From Octopus bimaculoides (Eukaryota), in contig NC_068991.1 of the NCBI RefSeq assembly GCF_001194135.2, positions 65,495,382 to 65,559,381 on the forward strand: a stretch of DNA of 64,000 nucleotides, read 5' to 3'. The notes under the pieces are model-generated. The model saw only the letters and a list, made by a program, of their open reading frames with translations. It was not told the origin of the DNA and did no database searches. The translations under genes were made by a program, and so were the position numbers. Numbering within the stretch: the stretch's first letter is position 1; the number at the start of each line of letters is the position of its first letter. Positions 24,016-38,149 of the stretch are shown piece after piece.

Positions 24016-25170
24016 CATAATTGTTTTCTGAATCACTTTCACTTGCAGTAGACTCACGAATACCATCACTTGTAGACAGTATTGAATACCATCACTTTAC
24101 TTCTGCACTGCTCCTTAGTGGGTAGGGAATGATGTAATGGAATCGAGTGCACCCCATAGCGCAGAAGAAACCTCCTCAGATCACATGTCCATTTATACAT
24201 ATATTTATGTATATATATAGATGTGCATGTGTGCGTGTGTGTGTGTATACATATATATATATTGTTTGAGCCTTGAAGAGTAAGTTGTTAAGTCCTAAGT
24301 CAACCTTGATTAAGCAGACCTTTGATCAAGAAAATTCAAAGTAAGACTATCTCATAATATTTCATTTTGTTTGTTGTAGTGCAGGAAAACCATAATTTTT
24401 TGGCTATTGTTTTCTGTGAGCTGAAGATATAACAGCAATTTCTAGCAGGCCAGATGACCACATAGAGGCTTTCTCACTGACTCATTAGGTAACTAATGGA
24501 GAAAAAATTAGGTGAAGCTTAGTTGCTGAGATTATAAGATAACATTTGTTAAGAGGGTTATACTAGGATTAACTGGAAGTTACATCCCTCAATATAATAA
24601 AGTAAACGTATATATTTATATTTTATTGTCATGTCTGGGGAAGGTATTAGCTATAAGGCTTGGGTGCCATGAATGAAGTGGAGGTACTGGAATATAGATT
24701 AATAAAAGTAGCAAAAGAATGACCACCAGTTTAGGAAACTCTAGAGTTCCAAACCAGCTGCAAAAGCTAATAAAAAAAATACGAAAAATATGAAATAAAA
24801 AGATAAAACTGGAACATAGTCATGTATTTAATGAAGCACATGTAAAAGAAAAGCTGTTCTTTCATGTTTGAGGTCTGACAATTGACTTGGTAGACACCCA
24901 CTAGATTATCCACCATCTTTCCTACAAAAACCTTGGGCACCTTTTTGAATTTCGTATGCCTAACACTTGTGGGTATACTTACAAAATCAGTCAAAAACAA
25001 TGCAGTACTCATGACTTCCAGAAACATTTTTTCACACTTAGAATTTCTGAAGCAAGTAATAATCTACCCTCATCAGTAGTTAGCTGATAGGACACAGTAT
25101 CCTTCAGAACGTCTATGCTTTCTAAAATTTGCCAGCAGTACACTTGATGTTCCTCTACATTTTTTTCAAA

Positions 25171-25593
25171 GACTTCTCTTTTCCTGTGCATTAAGAGACT
25201 CTTCTCTTCCTGTGCATTAAGAGACTCTTCTCTTCCTGTGCATTAAGAGACTCTTCTCTTCCTGTGCATTAAGAGACTCTTCTCCTCCTGTGCATTATNN
25301 NNNNNNNNNNNNNNNNNNNNNNNNNNNNNNNNNNNNNNNNNNNNNNNNNNNNNNNNNNNNNNNNNNNNNNNNNNNNNNNNNNNNNNNNNNNNNNNNNNNN
25401 NNNNNNNNNNNNNNNNNNNNNNNNNNNNNNNNNNNNNNNNNNNNNNNNNNNNNNNNTGCATTAAGAGACTCTTCTCCTCCTGTGCATTAAGAGACTCTTC
25501 TCTTCCTGTGCATTAAGAGACTCTTCTCTTCCTGTGCATTAAGAGACTCTTCTCTTCCTGTGCATTAAGAGACTCTTCTCCTCCTGTGCATTA
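25171..25593. repeat. 26-bp minisatellite (GACTCTTCTCTTCCTGTGCATTAAGA)n spanning a gap
   Basis: Period of 26 measured directly. Confidence 0.95.
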
Positions 25594-26254
25594 TTCTCTG
25601 TACTGTCCATGCACGTTTTGTCCCTTTTTTTGATGAGTTATAGTACACCCTATGTCTGGCAACAGGACTCTGCACCATGCTGCATATGCAGGAGAACCCA
25701 GTCATGGTTGTTAGGGTGCTTTAAAGTGGGACTGAACCCAAAAACATGTGGTTGGGAAGCAAGCATCTTAGCCACACTAGGCCCTGCCTAGTGGATGCCT
25801 GTACCTATACACAAACACACACACACACAAACACACATATATGCATGTATGTATGTGTGTATAAATATAAATATATATATATATATATATANNNNNNNNN
25901 NNNNNNNNNNNNNNNNNNNNNNNNNNNNNNNNNNNNNNNNNNNNNNNNNNNNNNNNNNNNNNNNNNNNNNNNNNNNNNNNNNNNNNNNNNNNNNNNNNNN
26001 NNNNNNNNNNNNNNNNNNNNNNNNNNNNNNNNNNNNNNNNNNNNNNNNNNNNNNNNNNNNTATACATGTGTGTGTGTGTTTGTAAATGTATTGACGATGA
26101 TGGTTGCAATTATGACGATTCAGATAATTATATAGAATTAAAGCAGAAAATAAATGATAAAGAAAGTAAAAGTAAAAAGCTTTTGAATAAAACAAAAATC
26201 AATACAGGAAGAGAGGGAAAGAGGGAGAGGGAGAGAGAGAGAAAGGGAGAGAGA

Positions 26255-26302
<48 letters not shown>

Positions 26303-27426
26303 TGTAAGAACTGTAGGAGAATGAAATGTAAAATGAAAGGCAGAAACAGTGTCAAGCAAATATAAACCTTTATAAACAAACAGTTTAGTGTATTGTTAGA
26401 AAGCTCCAGTGAAGTGAAGTGAAAAAAAAGAATGCTTCAACATTCACCATGCTTAGCATCAAATAGATACCTGCTGATGTATTTGTAAACGAAGTGAGGC
26501 AATTATACACAGGATCAAGTTACTGTTTGCATTTTGACTCACTTAAATCACATTAAGTCAGGTTACAACAGAACGAGAGAGAGAGAAAGAGAGAGAGAGA
26601 GGGAGAGAAAGAGATTGAGAGAGAGAGAGGGAGAGAGAGATTGAGAGAGTCTCCAGGTGTAAGCAACAAACTCAGGTGTTACCTGCTCTTATAACCTTCA
26701 GAAAGAAGGTAAATGTTTCTTTACTTGTTGGATGCATTATCTGAAGACTTTTATTAAATAAATATTCTTTCTTATGTATAACAGCAGTTACTATAGGATG
26801 CTCACACCTGATGCTTCACAGTGGCTGTAGGGTTAAGAGACTGACTCACTAGCAACAAAAGCACAAGTTCAAAATATGTTAAAGATCCACCTGGTCTTTG
26901 AGTACCTTTAGTAAAACCCACTCTGCTGCAAAGTGGAGGCACGTGGCTTAGTGGTTAGGGTGTTGGACTCCTGCTCATAAGACTGTGGTTTCGAATCCTG
27001 GACCGGACGATGCATTGTGGAAGAGGTACATTAGTTGATGGAAAATGTCTCTATGTGGCAGTTTGATTTGCTAGAAATAGCAGGCAAATCTCCTTAAAAT
27101 CACACTCCATTTCACGTTGCTCCAATCATCTCAGCTGGCAAAAATGAGTAATCCTGTGATGAACTAGCGTCCCATCCAGGGAGAATATATACGCCATGGA
27201 AACTGTGAAACCAACCCTATGAGTCTATATAACAAGCCTCCCCTCTCCACACCACTGATGTTATCCAAGGGAAAAGCAAAGGCTGATACAGTTTAGCACC
27301 AGTGATGTCGCAACTCATTTCTACAGCTGAGTGACCGGGAGCGACATGAAATATAGTGTCTTGCTCAAGAACACAACATACAGCCTGGTCCGGGAATTGA
27401 ACTAACTACCTCTAACCACTAAATCA

Positions 27427-27458
<32 letters not shown>

Positions 27459-28174
27459 CAAAAATAAGAGGAATGACCAGCAAAAGTGGACTCCTATATG
27501 CTAGAAATAGATGCCGAATATGTTCTCAGTAAAAATTTCAGCGACACAACAGACTGTAAAAGGGCAAGACAAATGACAGTTCTAAACTGACTGAAAATTA
27601 ATATTTCCTTGGGTCACTTTCCATTTCTAAATGACCCTTCTCTAGTTTTTTTTTTTTTTTCAATATGCTAGTCCACTGGTTTTAATTGATTAATATCAAT
27701 TTCTACCCTTATTATTAAATATATATATATATATATATATATGTACAAAGGTAAAGATGGTAAACTTCAGTGACAATGCCTTTTTACAGGTCAAATATGT
27801 TCCGAACATATTTGAGCTGACCTAGAAGTTTGGTTATTTTGCACAGCTGTTTAGCATGCTCTCATATGTTTCATTCCAGCCTGGCACCCAAAGCATGCTA
27901 TAGGTAGATAAATTTTACTGATTCCTTATAAGGAAATATTAATTTTCAATCAGTTTAGAGCTGTCCTGAAGAGAGCATAAAAAGCTTTGAAATGCATACC
28001 TTATGAAGGGACTTTTGTGGTTCTAACATTATTTGCTTAAAGTGGGAAACTGTCTCCATTGCAAACCACAGTGACAATACCTTTTTACAGATCAAATTTT
28101 TGAACAGATCTAAAAGCTTGTTTATTTTGCACCACCACTTTGTGCATAACTCATATATAGTAATAATAATAATG

Positions 28175-28228
<54 letters not shown>

Positions 28229-28229
<1 letters not shown>

Positions 28230-28375
28230 ACTACTGGGTACTGCACACATTCTACGCAAAACACTTTCAATACAGTAAACATAAGAGCACCACAGCAAAC
28301 CACAGCACATACCCAAGGCGCACAGAGCTGCGCTCGGTAGTGAAGTGAAAGCACGTTATAAAAATAAAACTACTG
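28229..28375 (+). mobile_element. 3' end of second Dong/R4-type family (LLGTAHILRKTLSIQ* + 3'UTR) in (TAA)n
   Basis: Matches 1808-1940; TAA arrays on both sides. Confidence 0.82.
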
Positions 28376-28409
28376 AATAATAATAATAATAATAATAATA
28401 AAATATAGA

Positions 28410-28625
28410 TGATGGATGATGGACTATCCCATCGGTTTCAACATATGAGGCTCTGACAACATACTGTTACCTTTGTCAGTCATAATGCTTATGTCGAATG
28501 TGACATTTAAGTCCCGCCAATGATTTGCAAAGAAGGCCACAGATGCTGCAAGTATGAGGATGACAGGTCAGTGCAGGTGGTATATTTGCAGCCGCTTTTC
28601 TCCTTTGCCCTGCACCCCAAAGTCT
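28410..28625 (-). mobile_element. RTE-type LINE 3' end with C2H2-like finger
   Basis: RRKAAA...HTCSICGLLCKSLAGLKCHIRHKH followed by a short UTR and CATC-type tail. Confidence 0.65.
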
Positions 28626-28917
28626 GTTAATGCTGGTTGCAAAAAGTTTGTATATATATTTATATATATATGTATGTATATTTGTAAATAGTAAGGGATT
28701 ACGCCAAACGTTTGCTCTCAGTTTGGTATTCAAAATAGGTTATTCAACAGTTGATATATAAATCCAGTAATATTCTCATAAGATAAGAATTTAGAGATAT
28801 ACTCTGTTGGATAATTCTGAATATATTACCTTAACCATACAGGTTTCCTGGAGCATGTAATATCAACAATAACAATAATAAAGATTATTACGAAGTGGCA
28901 TATCATACTTTTACTTC

Positions 28918-28967
<50 letters not shown>

Positions 28968-29129
28968 CGCGCACACACATGCACACATATTGGAGTTAGG
29001 AAGAGCATCCAACTGTAGAAACCATGTCAAATCAGACTGGAAACTGGTGCAGCTCTCCAGCTTACCAGTTTCAGTCAAACCATCTAACCCATGCCAGCAT
29101 GGAGAGCAGATGTTAAATGATAATGATGG

Positions 29130-29199
<70 letters not shown>

Positions 29200-30026
29200 N
29201 NNNNNNNNNNNNNNNNNNNNNNNNNNNNNNNNNNNNNNNNNNNNNNNNNNNNNNNNNNNNNNNNNNNNNNNNNNNNNNNNNNNNNNNNNNNNNNNNNNNN
29301 NNNNNNNNNNNNNNNNNNNNNNNNNNNNNNNNNNNNNNNNNNNNNNNNNNNNNNNNNNNNNNNNNNNNNNNNNNNNNNNNNNNNNNNNNNNNNNNNNNNN
29401 NNNNNNNNNNNNNNNNNNNNNNNNNNNNNNNNNNNNNNNNNNNNNNNNNNNNNNNNNNNNNNNNNNNNNNNNNNNNNNNNNNNNNNNNNNNNNNNNNNNN
29501 NNNNNNNNNNNNNNNNNNNNNNNNNNNNNNNNNNNNNNNNNNNNNNNNNNNNNNNNNNNNNNNNNNNNNNNNNNNNNNNNNNNNNNNNNNNNNNNNNNNN
29601 NNNNNNNNNNNNNNNNNNNNNNNNNNNNNNNNNNNNNNNNNNNNNNNNNNNNNNNNNNNNNNNNNNNNNNNNNNNNNNNNNNNNNNNNNNNNNNNNNNNN
29701 NNNNNNNNNNNNNNNNNNNNNNNNNNNNNNNNNNNNNNNNNNNNNNNNNNNNNNNNNNNNNNNNNNNNNNNNNNNNNNNNNNNNNNNNNNNNNNNNNNNN
29801 NNNNNNNNNNNNNNNNNNNNNNNNNNNNNNNNNNNNNNNNNNNNNNNNNNNNNNNNNNNNNNNNNNNNNNNNNNNNNNNNNNNNNNNNNNNNNNNNNNNN
29901 NNNNNNNNNNNNNNNNNNNNNNNNNNNNNNNNNNNNNNNNNNNNNNNNNNNNNNNNNNNNNNNNNNNNNNNNNNNNNNNNNNNNNNNNNNNNNNNNNNNN
30001 NNNNNNNNNNNNNNNNNNNNNNNNNN

Positions 30027-30390
30027 GTGGCACGTAAATAGCACCATTTGAGTGTGATCGTTACCAGCGATGCCTTACTGGCACTTGTGCCGGTGGCATG
30101 TGAAAAAACATTTGAGCGAGGTCGTTGCCAGTGCTGCTGAACTGGCTCCTGTGCAGGTGGCATGTAAATTACACCATTTTGAGCATGGCCATTGCCAATA
30201 CCGCCTGACTGGGCTTCGTGCCGGTGGCACGTAAAAGCACCCACTACACTCTCAGAGTGGTTGGTGTTAGGAAGGGCATCTAGCTGTAGAAACTCTGCCA
30301 AATCAGATTGAAGCCTGGTGCAGCCATCTGGTTCACCAGTCCTCAGTCAAATTGTCCAACCTATGCTAGCATGGAAGGTGATGATGATGA
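30027..30390 (+). mobile_element. Family B element with internal ~55-60-bp subrepeats
   Basis: GTGGCACGTAAA...GCCAGT...ACTGG repeats then the family B tail; similar long copies at 51452-51745 (-) and 57655-58115 (+). Confidence 0.85.
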
Positions 30391-31341
30391 TATATGTATA
30401 TATATTTATATATGTGTGTGTATATCATCATCATCATCATCATCATCATCATCGTTTAACGTCCGCTTGCCATCCTAGCATGAGTTGGATGATTTGACTG
30501 AGGACTGGTGATACCAGATGGCTACACCAGGCTCCAATCTGATTTGGCAGAGTTTCTACAGCTGGATGCCCTTCCTAACGCCAGCTATTCCGAGAGTGTA
30601 GTGCGTGCTTTTATGTGCCACCGGCACGAATGCAATAAACACTGTAAACAAACAGGAAACAACTTCTGTCTCATTCCAGGGAGAAAAACTAGAGGTAGTT
30701 GATAGCTTCTGCTATCTGGGTTTACCAAGTTAGNNNNNNNNNNNNNNNNNNNNNNNNNNNNNNNNNNNNNNNNNNNNNNNNNNNNNNNNNNNNNNNNNNN
30801 NNNNNNNNNNNNNNNNNNNNNNNNNNNNNNNNNNNNNNNNNNNNNNNNNNNNNNNNNNNNNNNNNNNNNNNNNNNNNNNNNNNNNNNNNNNNNNNNNNNN
30901 NNNNNNNNNNNNNNNNNNNNNNNNNNNNNNNNNNNNNNNNNNNNNNNNNNNNNNNNNNNNNNNNNNNNNNNNNNNNNNNNNNNNNNNNNNNNNNNNNNNN
31001 NNNGAAGCTATCAACTACCTCTAGTTTTTCTCCCTGGAATGAGACAGAAGTTGTTTCCTGTTTGTTTACAGTGTTTATTGCATTCGTGCCGGTGGCACAT
31101 AAAAGCACGCACTACACTCTCGGAATAGCTGGCGTTAGGAAGGGCATCCAGCTGTAGAAACTCTGCCAAATCAGATTGGAGCCTGGCGTAGCCATCCGGT
31201 TTCACCAGTCCTCAGTCAAATCATCCATCCCATGCTAGCATGGAAAGCGGATGTTAAACAATGATGATGATGATATATATATATATACACACTCACACAC
31301 ACATATATAGATACATATATATACATATATATGTATGTGTG

Positions 31342-31404
<63 letters not shown>

Positions 31405-32989
31405 CTATATGTATGTATATATATAGGTGTGTGTGTGTATATATACATACCATGCACACATATATACACATATACATACATACACATACATATACTTACA
31501 TGCATACACACATATACATATATACATATATCTATGCATGTATTTTATATACACACACCCACACACACACAAACACATATATTTATATATGTATATGTAC
31601 ATAAATATATATATATATATATATATATANNNNNNNNNNNNNNNNNNNNNNNNNNNNNNNNNNNNNNNNNNNNNNNNNNNNNNNNNNNNNNNNNNNNNNN
31701 NNNNNNNNNNNNNNNNNNNNNNNNNNNNNNNNNNNNNNNNNNNNNNNNNNNNNNNNNNNNNNNNNNNNNNNNNNNNNNNNNNNNNNNNNNNNNNNNNNNN
31801 NNNNNNNNNNNNNNNNNNNNNNNNNNNNNNNNNNNNNNNNNNNNNNNNNNNNNNNNNNNNNNNNNNNNNNNNNNNNNNNNNNNNNNNNNNNNNNNNNNNN
31901 NNNNNNNNNNNNNNNNNNNNNNNNNNNNNNNNNNNNNNNNNNNNNNNNNNNNNNNNNNNNNNNNNNNNNNNNNNNNNNNNNNNNNNNNNNNNNNNNNNNN
32001 NNNNNNNNNNNNNNNNNNNNNNNNNNNNNNNNNNNNNNNNNNNNNNNNNNNNNNNNNATATATATATATATATCAATATATTATAAATTAACTACCAACA
32101 AAAATAATTGGTAAGCTAACTCAAAAAATAATCACCGAAATAGCATATATATGTATGTATGTATATATATATATATATATACACACTAAAGAAGCATATA
32201 TGACACTGTTCACCAATAACATAATGTCAGAACTGAATATTGCTTGCCCAGCTGACTAACCTCGGTATGTGCTGCGTTGTGATGCTACAAAATGATTTGT
32301 CTGACGTAAACATTCTTGGCAACTAAAGTTAGCGGCTTAATAAACGCTGGCACAACAGATATTTATAGAAAAAGGAAATAAAGGAGTTTTTGCCGCATCA
32401 TAAATGGAAGTGTGTAATAAAGAAATAATTGATAACTATAAAGATACTTGTCTCTCATGGCTCTCCACTCAAGCCTATTTTAGAAACAACACTCAACGAT
32501 GTTCTGTAAATATTTTCCATCTGAATGGCTTCCAGGCCAGATTTAGAAATTATTATAAAAGGAATTTTAGTCAAACAAAAAAGCTAAGCTCAGGAGGCCT
32601 TTTTTTTTTGTTTTTTAATTCTTCCTCTCTTTCTTTCTTTTTTCTTTTTTTTTTAAAAATTTTATCTGCCTCAGTTGATGAAATATAAATATTTTGATCA
32701 AATATAGCTTTGGTGTTAACAGGTAGTTTATTGTTGATATCCATTGGATAAATATAGCATTATGAAAACAGGTAGCTTTGTGTTACTATCCATTGTATAA
32801 ATAAGGTAACCTTAGTATAACAAGTTGTGCCCATAGAGCAAATATGATAATTCTAGTATGATATATATATACATACATATATATATACATATATATACAT
32901 ATATATAAATGTGTGTATGTGTGTGTACATAAATACATACATGTATGTGCGTATATATATATATATATATATATACATACATGTATGTG

Positions 32990-33215
32990 TGTATTCTTTT
33001 ACATGTTTTGGTCATTTGACTGCAGCCATGCTGGAGCACTGCCTTAAAGGGTTTCAGTCAAAGAAATTGATCTCAGGACTTATTCTTTGTAAGCCTAGTA
33101 CTTGTTCCATTGTTCCCTTTTGCTGAGCCGCTAAGTTACGGGGATATAAACACACCACCATCGGTTGTCAAGCAATGGCGGGGGGACAAACACAGACACA
33201 AAGACACACACACAC

Positions 33216-33297
<82 letters not shown>

Positions 33298-33453
33298 ATA
33301 TACGATGGGCTTCTTTCAGTTTCCATCAACCAAATCCACTCACAAGGCTTTGGTCAGTCCAAAACTATAGAAGAGACTTGCCCAAGGTGCCACACAATGA
33401 GTCTGAACCCAGAACCATGTGGTTGGGAAGTAAGCTTCTTACCACACAGCCAC
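32990..33453 (-). mobile_element. SINE family A
   Basis: Reverse complement of the consensus. Confidence 0.88.
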
Positions 33454-34580
33454 ACTGTACTTATGTATGTGTATATATTAGATATAACTAATTGTTTAAT
33501 GTTGATATTCATTGAATAGATAATTCACCTTCTTGACTGATGAATCATAAGTTCATATAACATTGCTATTGTACTGAACTGTAGTTTAGCAAGGCACAGA
33601 ATACTTCATGTTCATCTTACCTTTCAGAGAAGAAGGAAAACCTTTGGAGGCAGAGTAATGATGTGGGAACTAACATATGGTCTTTATGCTTAACAGTGCT
33701 GAGATCAAATCCTATTATTTGACAGAAACTGGAATATTTTAAAGAGAAATTATGGAGATTGTTTGTGTGGCTATCAAGTAAGACATTATCATTTGGTAAG
33801 ATTACATTGGTGCTCAGTTTTAGATGTTTTAGAACTACCAAGGTCATCCACCATGTGTACTAGAAGAACAAAGAATTTCTAGTGGTTCTAGCATATCTAT
33901 TTACAAAGATTTCTTCATTGTAGGAGGAACAAAAACTAACTTTTCAATGTATTCTTTGAGAAAACTTGCAAAATTAAGAGTTTAAGAGTTTTGAGTAGAG
34001 GTGAACTCTAACATTTCAGAAAGGGACCTTGTTTTGAAGAATTCTCATATTTTCATGGTCTAAAATTTTTCATTGCGAATTTTTATTCACTAGATTTTGA
34101 TGGTAAAAAAAGTAAAGCTACCTTCTGACATCATACCAACTCATAAGGGCTGGCTTCCGAGTTTCATGGTGTATATATCCTGGACAGGATGCCGGTCCAT
34201 TGCAGGATTACTCATTTCCGCCAGCTGAGTGGACTGGAGCAACAGGGAGAAGGTACTTGTCAGAGTAATTCCATTTCTTGGGGAGGCAGGAGGGAGGGGT
34301 TCCTTGATTGGCTGAGTGTGGTTGCTCTGTTGCTGGGATGTCTCTTGCCATATTATTTATATGCTTTTGTATTTTTCATGTCTGTTTTGACTTATTTGAT
34401 TCTGCATACACCCCCACCCCGGGGCCCCACCCTGTTCCCATCATGTTTCTTTGTAACTTGTCCTTGTAATGTTCCCTCATTCATTGCCCTGGTTGCAAAT
34501 ATAAGAAACCAGCACTCCCAGCACCACCACCACCACCACCACCACCACCACCACCACCACCACTGCCGCTGCCACTGCCG

Positions 34581-34646
<66 letters not shown>

Positions 34647-34894
34647 GAAGCAGAAGAAGAAGAAGAAGAAGAAGAAGTCTGATGAAAAAGAAAGCAAAAA
34701 TGATAAACAGCAGCAATGGTGTTTGGTGTAATTTGATAGAGAAAATTTCCCCAATATCTCATCTCATCAAATTTGGTTCATTGATTTATTGGCTAGAAAT
34801 CAAGAACATTTCCAATAACCTCTTCCTCTGGCACTATCATCATCATCAACACCACCACCACCACCACCTCCTCCTCCTCCTCCTCATCATCATC

Positions 34895-34939
<45 letters not shown>

Positions 34940-35454
34940 GCTACTGTCCTTGTTCATAGTTTTAGTATCTGCTTCTGACATAGATCGGACAAATTTGTTC
35001 TACACCCTACATTCTGTTGTTATCATCTCTGGTTACTACTCCTAAGCCTTCTTTCTGTGGGGGTCACCGACCTTCAAATTATAAATTATGCAAACAGCAG
35101 CTGCTTCTGGTTTCTTTGTTTTTTTTTTGTTTTTTTTTTACATTTCCATTTTCCCCCAGAATGGTTTCATAGTAGATTCAAAATCACCTTAATTACACAA
35201 TTCCTTTCACACTTCCCACTTTCCCTTTCTCCTACCTGGCTGACATGATTTATACCTGAACATCTCTCTTTCTTCCTACCTATCTCTCCCCCCCCCTCTC
35301 TCTCTCTCACACTTATTCTCTCCTCCTCTTTCTCTCTCTTTCATCCTTTCTCTGTTTAGGGGAAGCAACACTATCTCTTTCCCTCACTATAATCACATGC
35401 ATACGGCCGTACCACTGCAACTATAAGGAAAAGTAACTAAACTCAACAATTATA

Positions 35455-35980
35455 TATACAGGCATTGCTGTATGGTAAGAAGTTTACTTCTCAACCACAT
35501 GGTTCTGGGTTCAATCCCACTGCATGGCACCCAGGGCAAGTGTCTACTACTATATCCTCAGGCCAGTCAAAGCCTTGTGAGTAGATTTGGTAAATAGAAA
35601 CTGAAAGAAACTTGTGATGTGTGTGTGTGTGTGTGTGTGTGTGTGTCTTTTCTTTTTCTACTCTAGGCACAAGGCCCGAAATTTTGGGGGAGGGTCCAGT
35701 AGATTAGATCGACCCCAGTACGCAACTGGTACTAAATTTTCTACCAACTCGCCTCCTACGTGTGTCTTTTCATGTGTGTTTGTTCCCCACCCCTACTTGA
35801 CAACTGGGGTTGGTGTGTTTAAGTCCCTGTAACTTGGCAGTTTGGCAAAAGAGGCCAATAGAATAAGAACCAGGCTTAGAAAAAAAAAAACTAGGGTTGG
35901 TTCATTTGACTAAAAACTCTTCAAGGCTCCAGCATGGCCATAGTCTAATAACTGAAACATGTAAAAAATAAAAGAGAAAA
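35455..35980 (+). mobile_element. SINE family A with a nested antisense SINE tail (~35648-35745)
   Basis: Family A body is interrupted after its (TG)n by GGCACAAGGCCCGAAATTTTGG...GATCGACCCCAGTACGCAACTGGTAC. Confidence 0.7.
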
Positions 35981-36120
35981 GATATATGAAGGTGCATGGC
36001 CTAATGGTTAAGGTATTGCACTCACAATTGCTAGATCATGTGTTCGATTCCTGGACTGGGTGGCAGGTTGTGTTCTTGAGCAAAACACTTCATTTCACAT
36101 TGAACCAGTCCACTCAGCTG

Positions 36121-36970
36121 TCCTCCACTATCCATGACCTCATCTCCTTCTCCCGTCTCCCTCTCACCGCCTCCAACCTCATTGTCCACACACCTCACAC
36201 CCCCACCATTTACTTTCTTCTCAAAATCCACAAACCTAACAACCCTGGCCGCCCCATCCTCTCTGCCTGTAACTGCCCCATGAAACTCATCTCTAAATAC
36301 CTCAACCGTGTCCTTGCCCCTCTAGTGGCTTCCCTACCCTCACACATCCACGACACTAACCATGCTCTTCATCTTTTCAACTCTTTCTCCTTCCCTCTTG
36401 GCCCCTCTAAACTTCTCTTCACTCTTGATATCAAGAGTCTATATATGGTGATCCCACACCATGAGGGGCTTCTTGCCCTCAAACACTACCTAGACCTTCG
36501 ACCTAACCCCCAACCTGATACGTCCACACTTCTTCGTCTGGCCGAGCTTGTTCTCTCCCTTAACTGCTTCTTAATCATGGGGGAGTTTTACCAACTGGTC
36601 TCGGGAGTGGCCATGGGAATGAGAATGGGTCCCAACTATGTACTCCCAATTCCTCCGTCTGCGCAGACTCTGCAGTGACAATCATAACTTTGAGACTCAG
36701 TCTCAGCTCATGGCTCGCCACTTCATCCTTCGTGGATATCCCCTCACCACTATCCACACAGTCCTTGCCAGAGCACGTTCCGTGGACCATGCATCTGCTC
36801 TCTCTCCCCACACCAGCCCTGCTGTTACCCATCTCCCGTTTCCCCTCACCTACCACCCCTTCACCCTGCCTCTCCAACACACCATTTTCTGAGCCTTCTG
36901 GTGACTCCAGTCCGACCCCTCCACTTCACACATCTTCACCAACCTACCCCTCCCCTCCTTCAAACGAGCC
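36121..36970 (+). pseudogene. Penelope-like retroelement RT fragment with internal deletion
   Basis: YFLLKIHKPNNPGRPILS...HIHDT...LFTLDIKSLY...GVAMGMRMGPNY joined directly to YSQFLRLRRLCS...RGYP; runs into an N gap. Confidence 0.88.
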
Positions 36971-38149
36971 NNNNNNNNNNNNNNNNNNNNNNNNNNNNNN
37001 NNNNNNNNNNNNNNNNNNNNNNNNNNNNNNNNNNNNNNNNNNNNNNNNNNNNNNNNNNNNNNNNNNNNNNNNNNNNNNNNNNNNNNNNNNNNNNNNNNNN
37101 NNNNNNNNNNNNNNNNNNNNNNNNNNNNNNNNNNNNNNNNNNNNNNNNNNNNNNNNNNNNNNNNNNNNNNNNNNNNNNNNNNNNNNNNNNNNNNNNNNNN
37201 NNNNNNNNNNNNNNNNNNNNNNNNNNNNNNNNNNNNNNNNNNNNNNNNNNNNNNNNNNNNNNNNNNNNNNNNNNNNNNNNNNNNNNNNNNNNNNNNNNNN
37301 NNNNNNNNNNNNNNNNNNNNNNNNNNNNNNNNNNNNNNNNNNNNNNNNNNNNNNNNNNNNNNNNNNNNNNNNNNNNNNNNNNNNATCAGATTGGAGCCTG
37401 GTGTAGCCACCTGGTTCACCAGTCCTTAGTCAAATCGTCCAACTCATGCTAGCATGGAAAGGGGACGTTAAACGATGATGATGATGACAATGATGATGAT
37501 GAATATGTTGTCTATTGACTTTTTATACATGCTAGGCCACTGGTAGTGAAATTTTAAAAAAACTCGCTACTCTATATATTTTACGTATATAGATAGATAG
37601 ATAGATAGATAGTATGATTGATAGGTGTAAGTATGTATTAATTTGTGTATATTTATGTATGTATGTATGTATGTATGTATGTACACATGTATAAAAGTAT
37701 GTATGTATGTACACATGTATAAAAGTATGTATGTATGTACACATGTATGTATGTATGTATGTATGTATTTATGCATTTACAGCTGGCAAGACAGATAGAC
37801 AGAAACGAAACAGATCTTGTAAGTTGTGAGAAGCACCAGAAGAGTTGTAATAATCAGTTTTAATGAAGGGTGGGGCAAGAAAAAAAAGCTGTACTGTAAC
37901 TAATACTGTTATTTTATTGTTGTAGTACAACTGTTTACTGATGTGTTATCGTAGTTTAGTTGTGTGACTATTTCAGTTGGGACAAGAGTACAACAGGGTG
38001 GCAAAAAACGATAGGATTAAAGATTATCAAAAGTGACTAAAAAAATACTTGGCGTCAGGAAGGGCATCCAGGTATAAAACATTGTCCCAAAAGACATCGG
38101 ATCCAACTTGTACCAGGTGAAGGACAATGATGATGGGGAAGTGAAGGAG

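Noticed and set aside
25171-25593. 26-bp repeats as a CRISPR-like array
   Set aside because: No spacers; eukaryotic tandem minisatellite.
33628-33777. 150-nt plus-strand segment with a good acceptor and donor
   Set aside because: Stop codons in all three frames.
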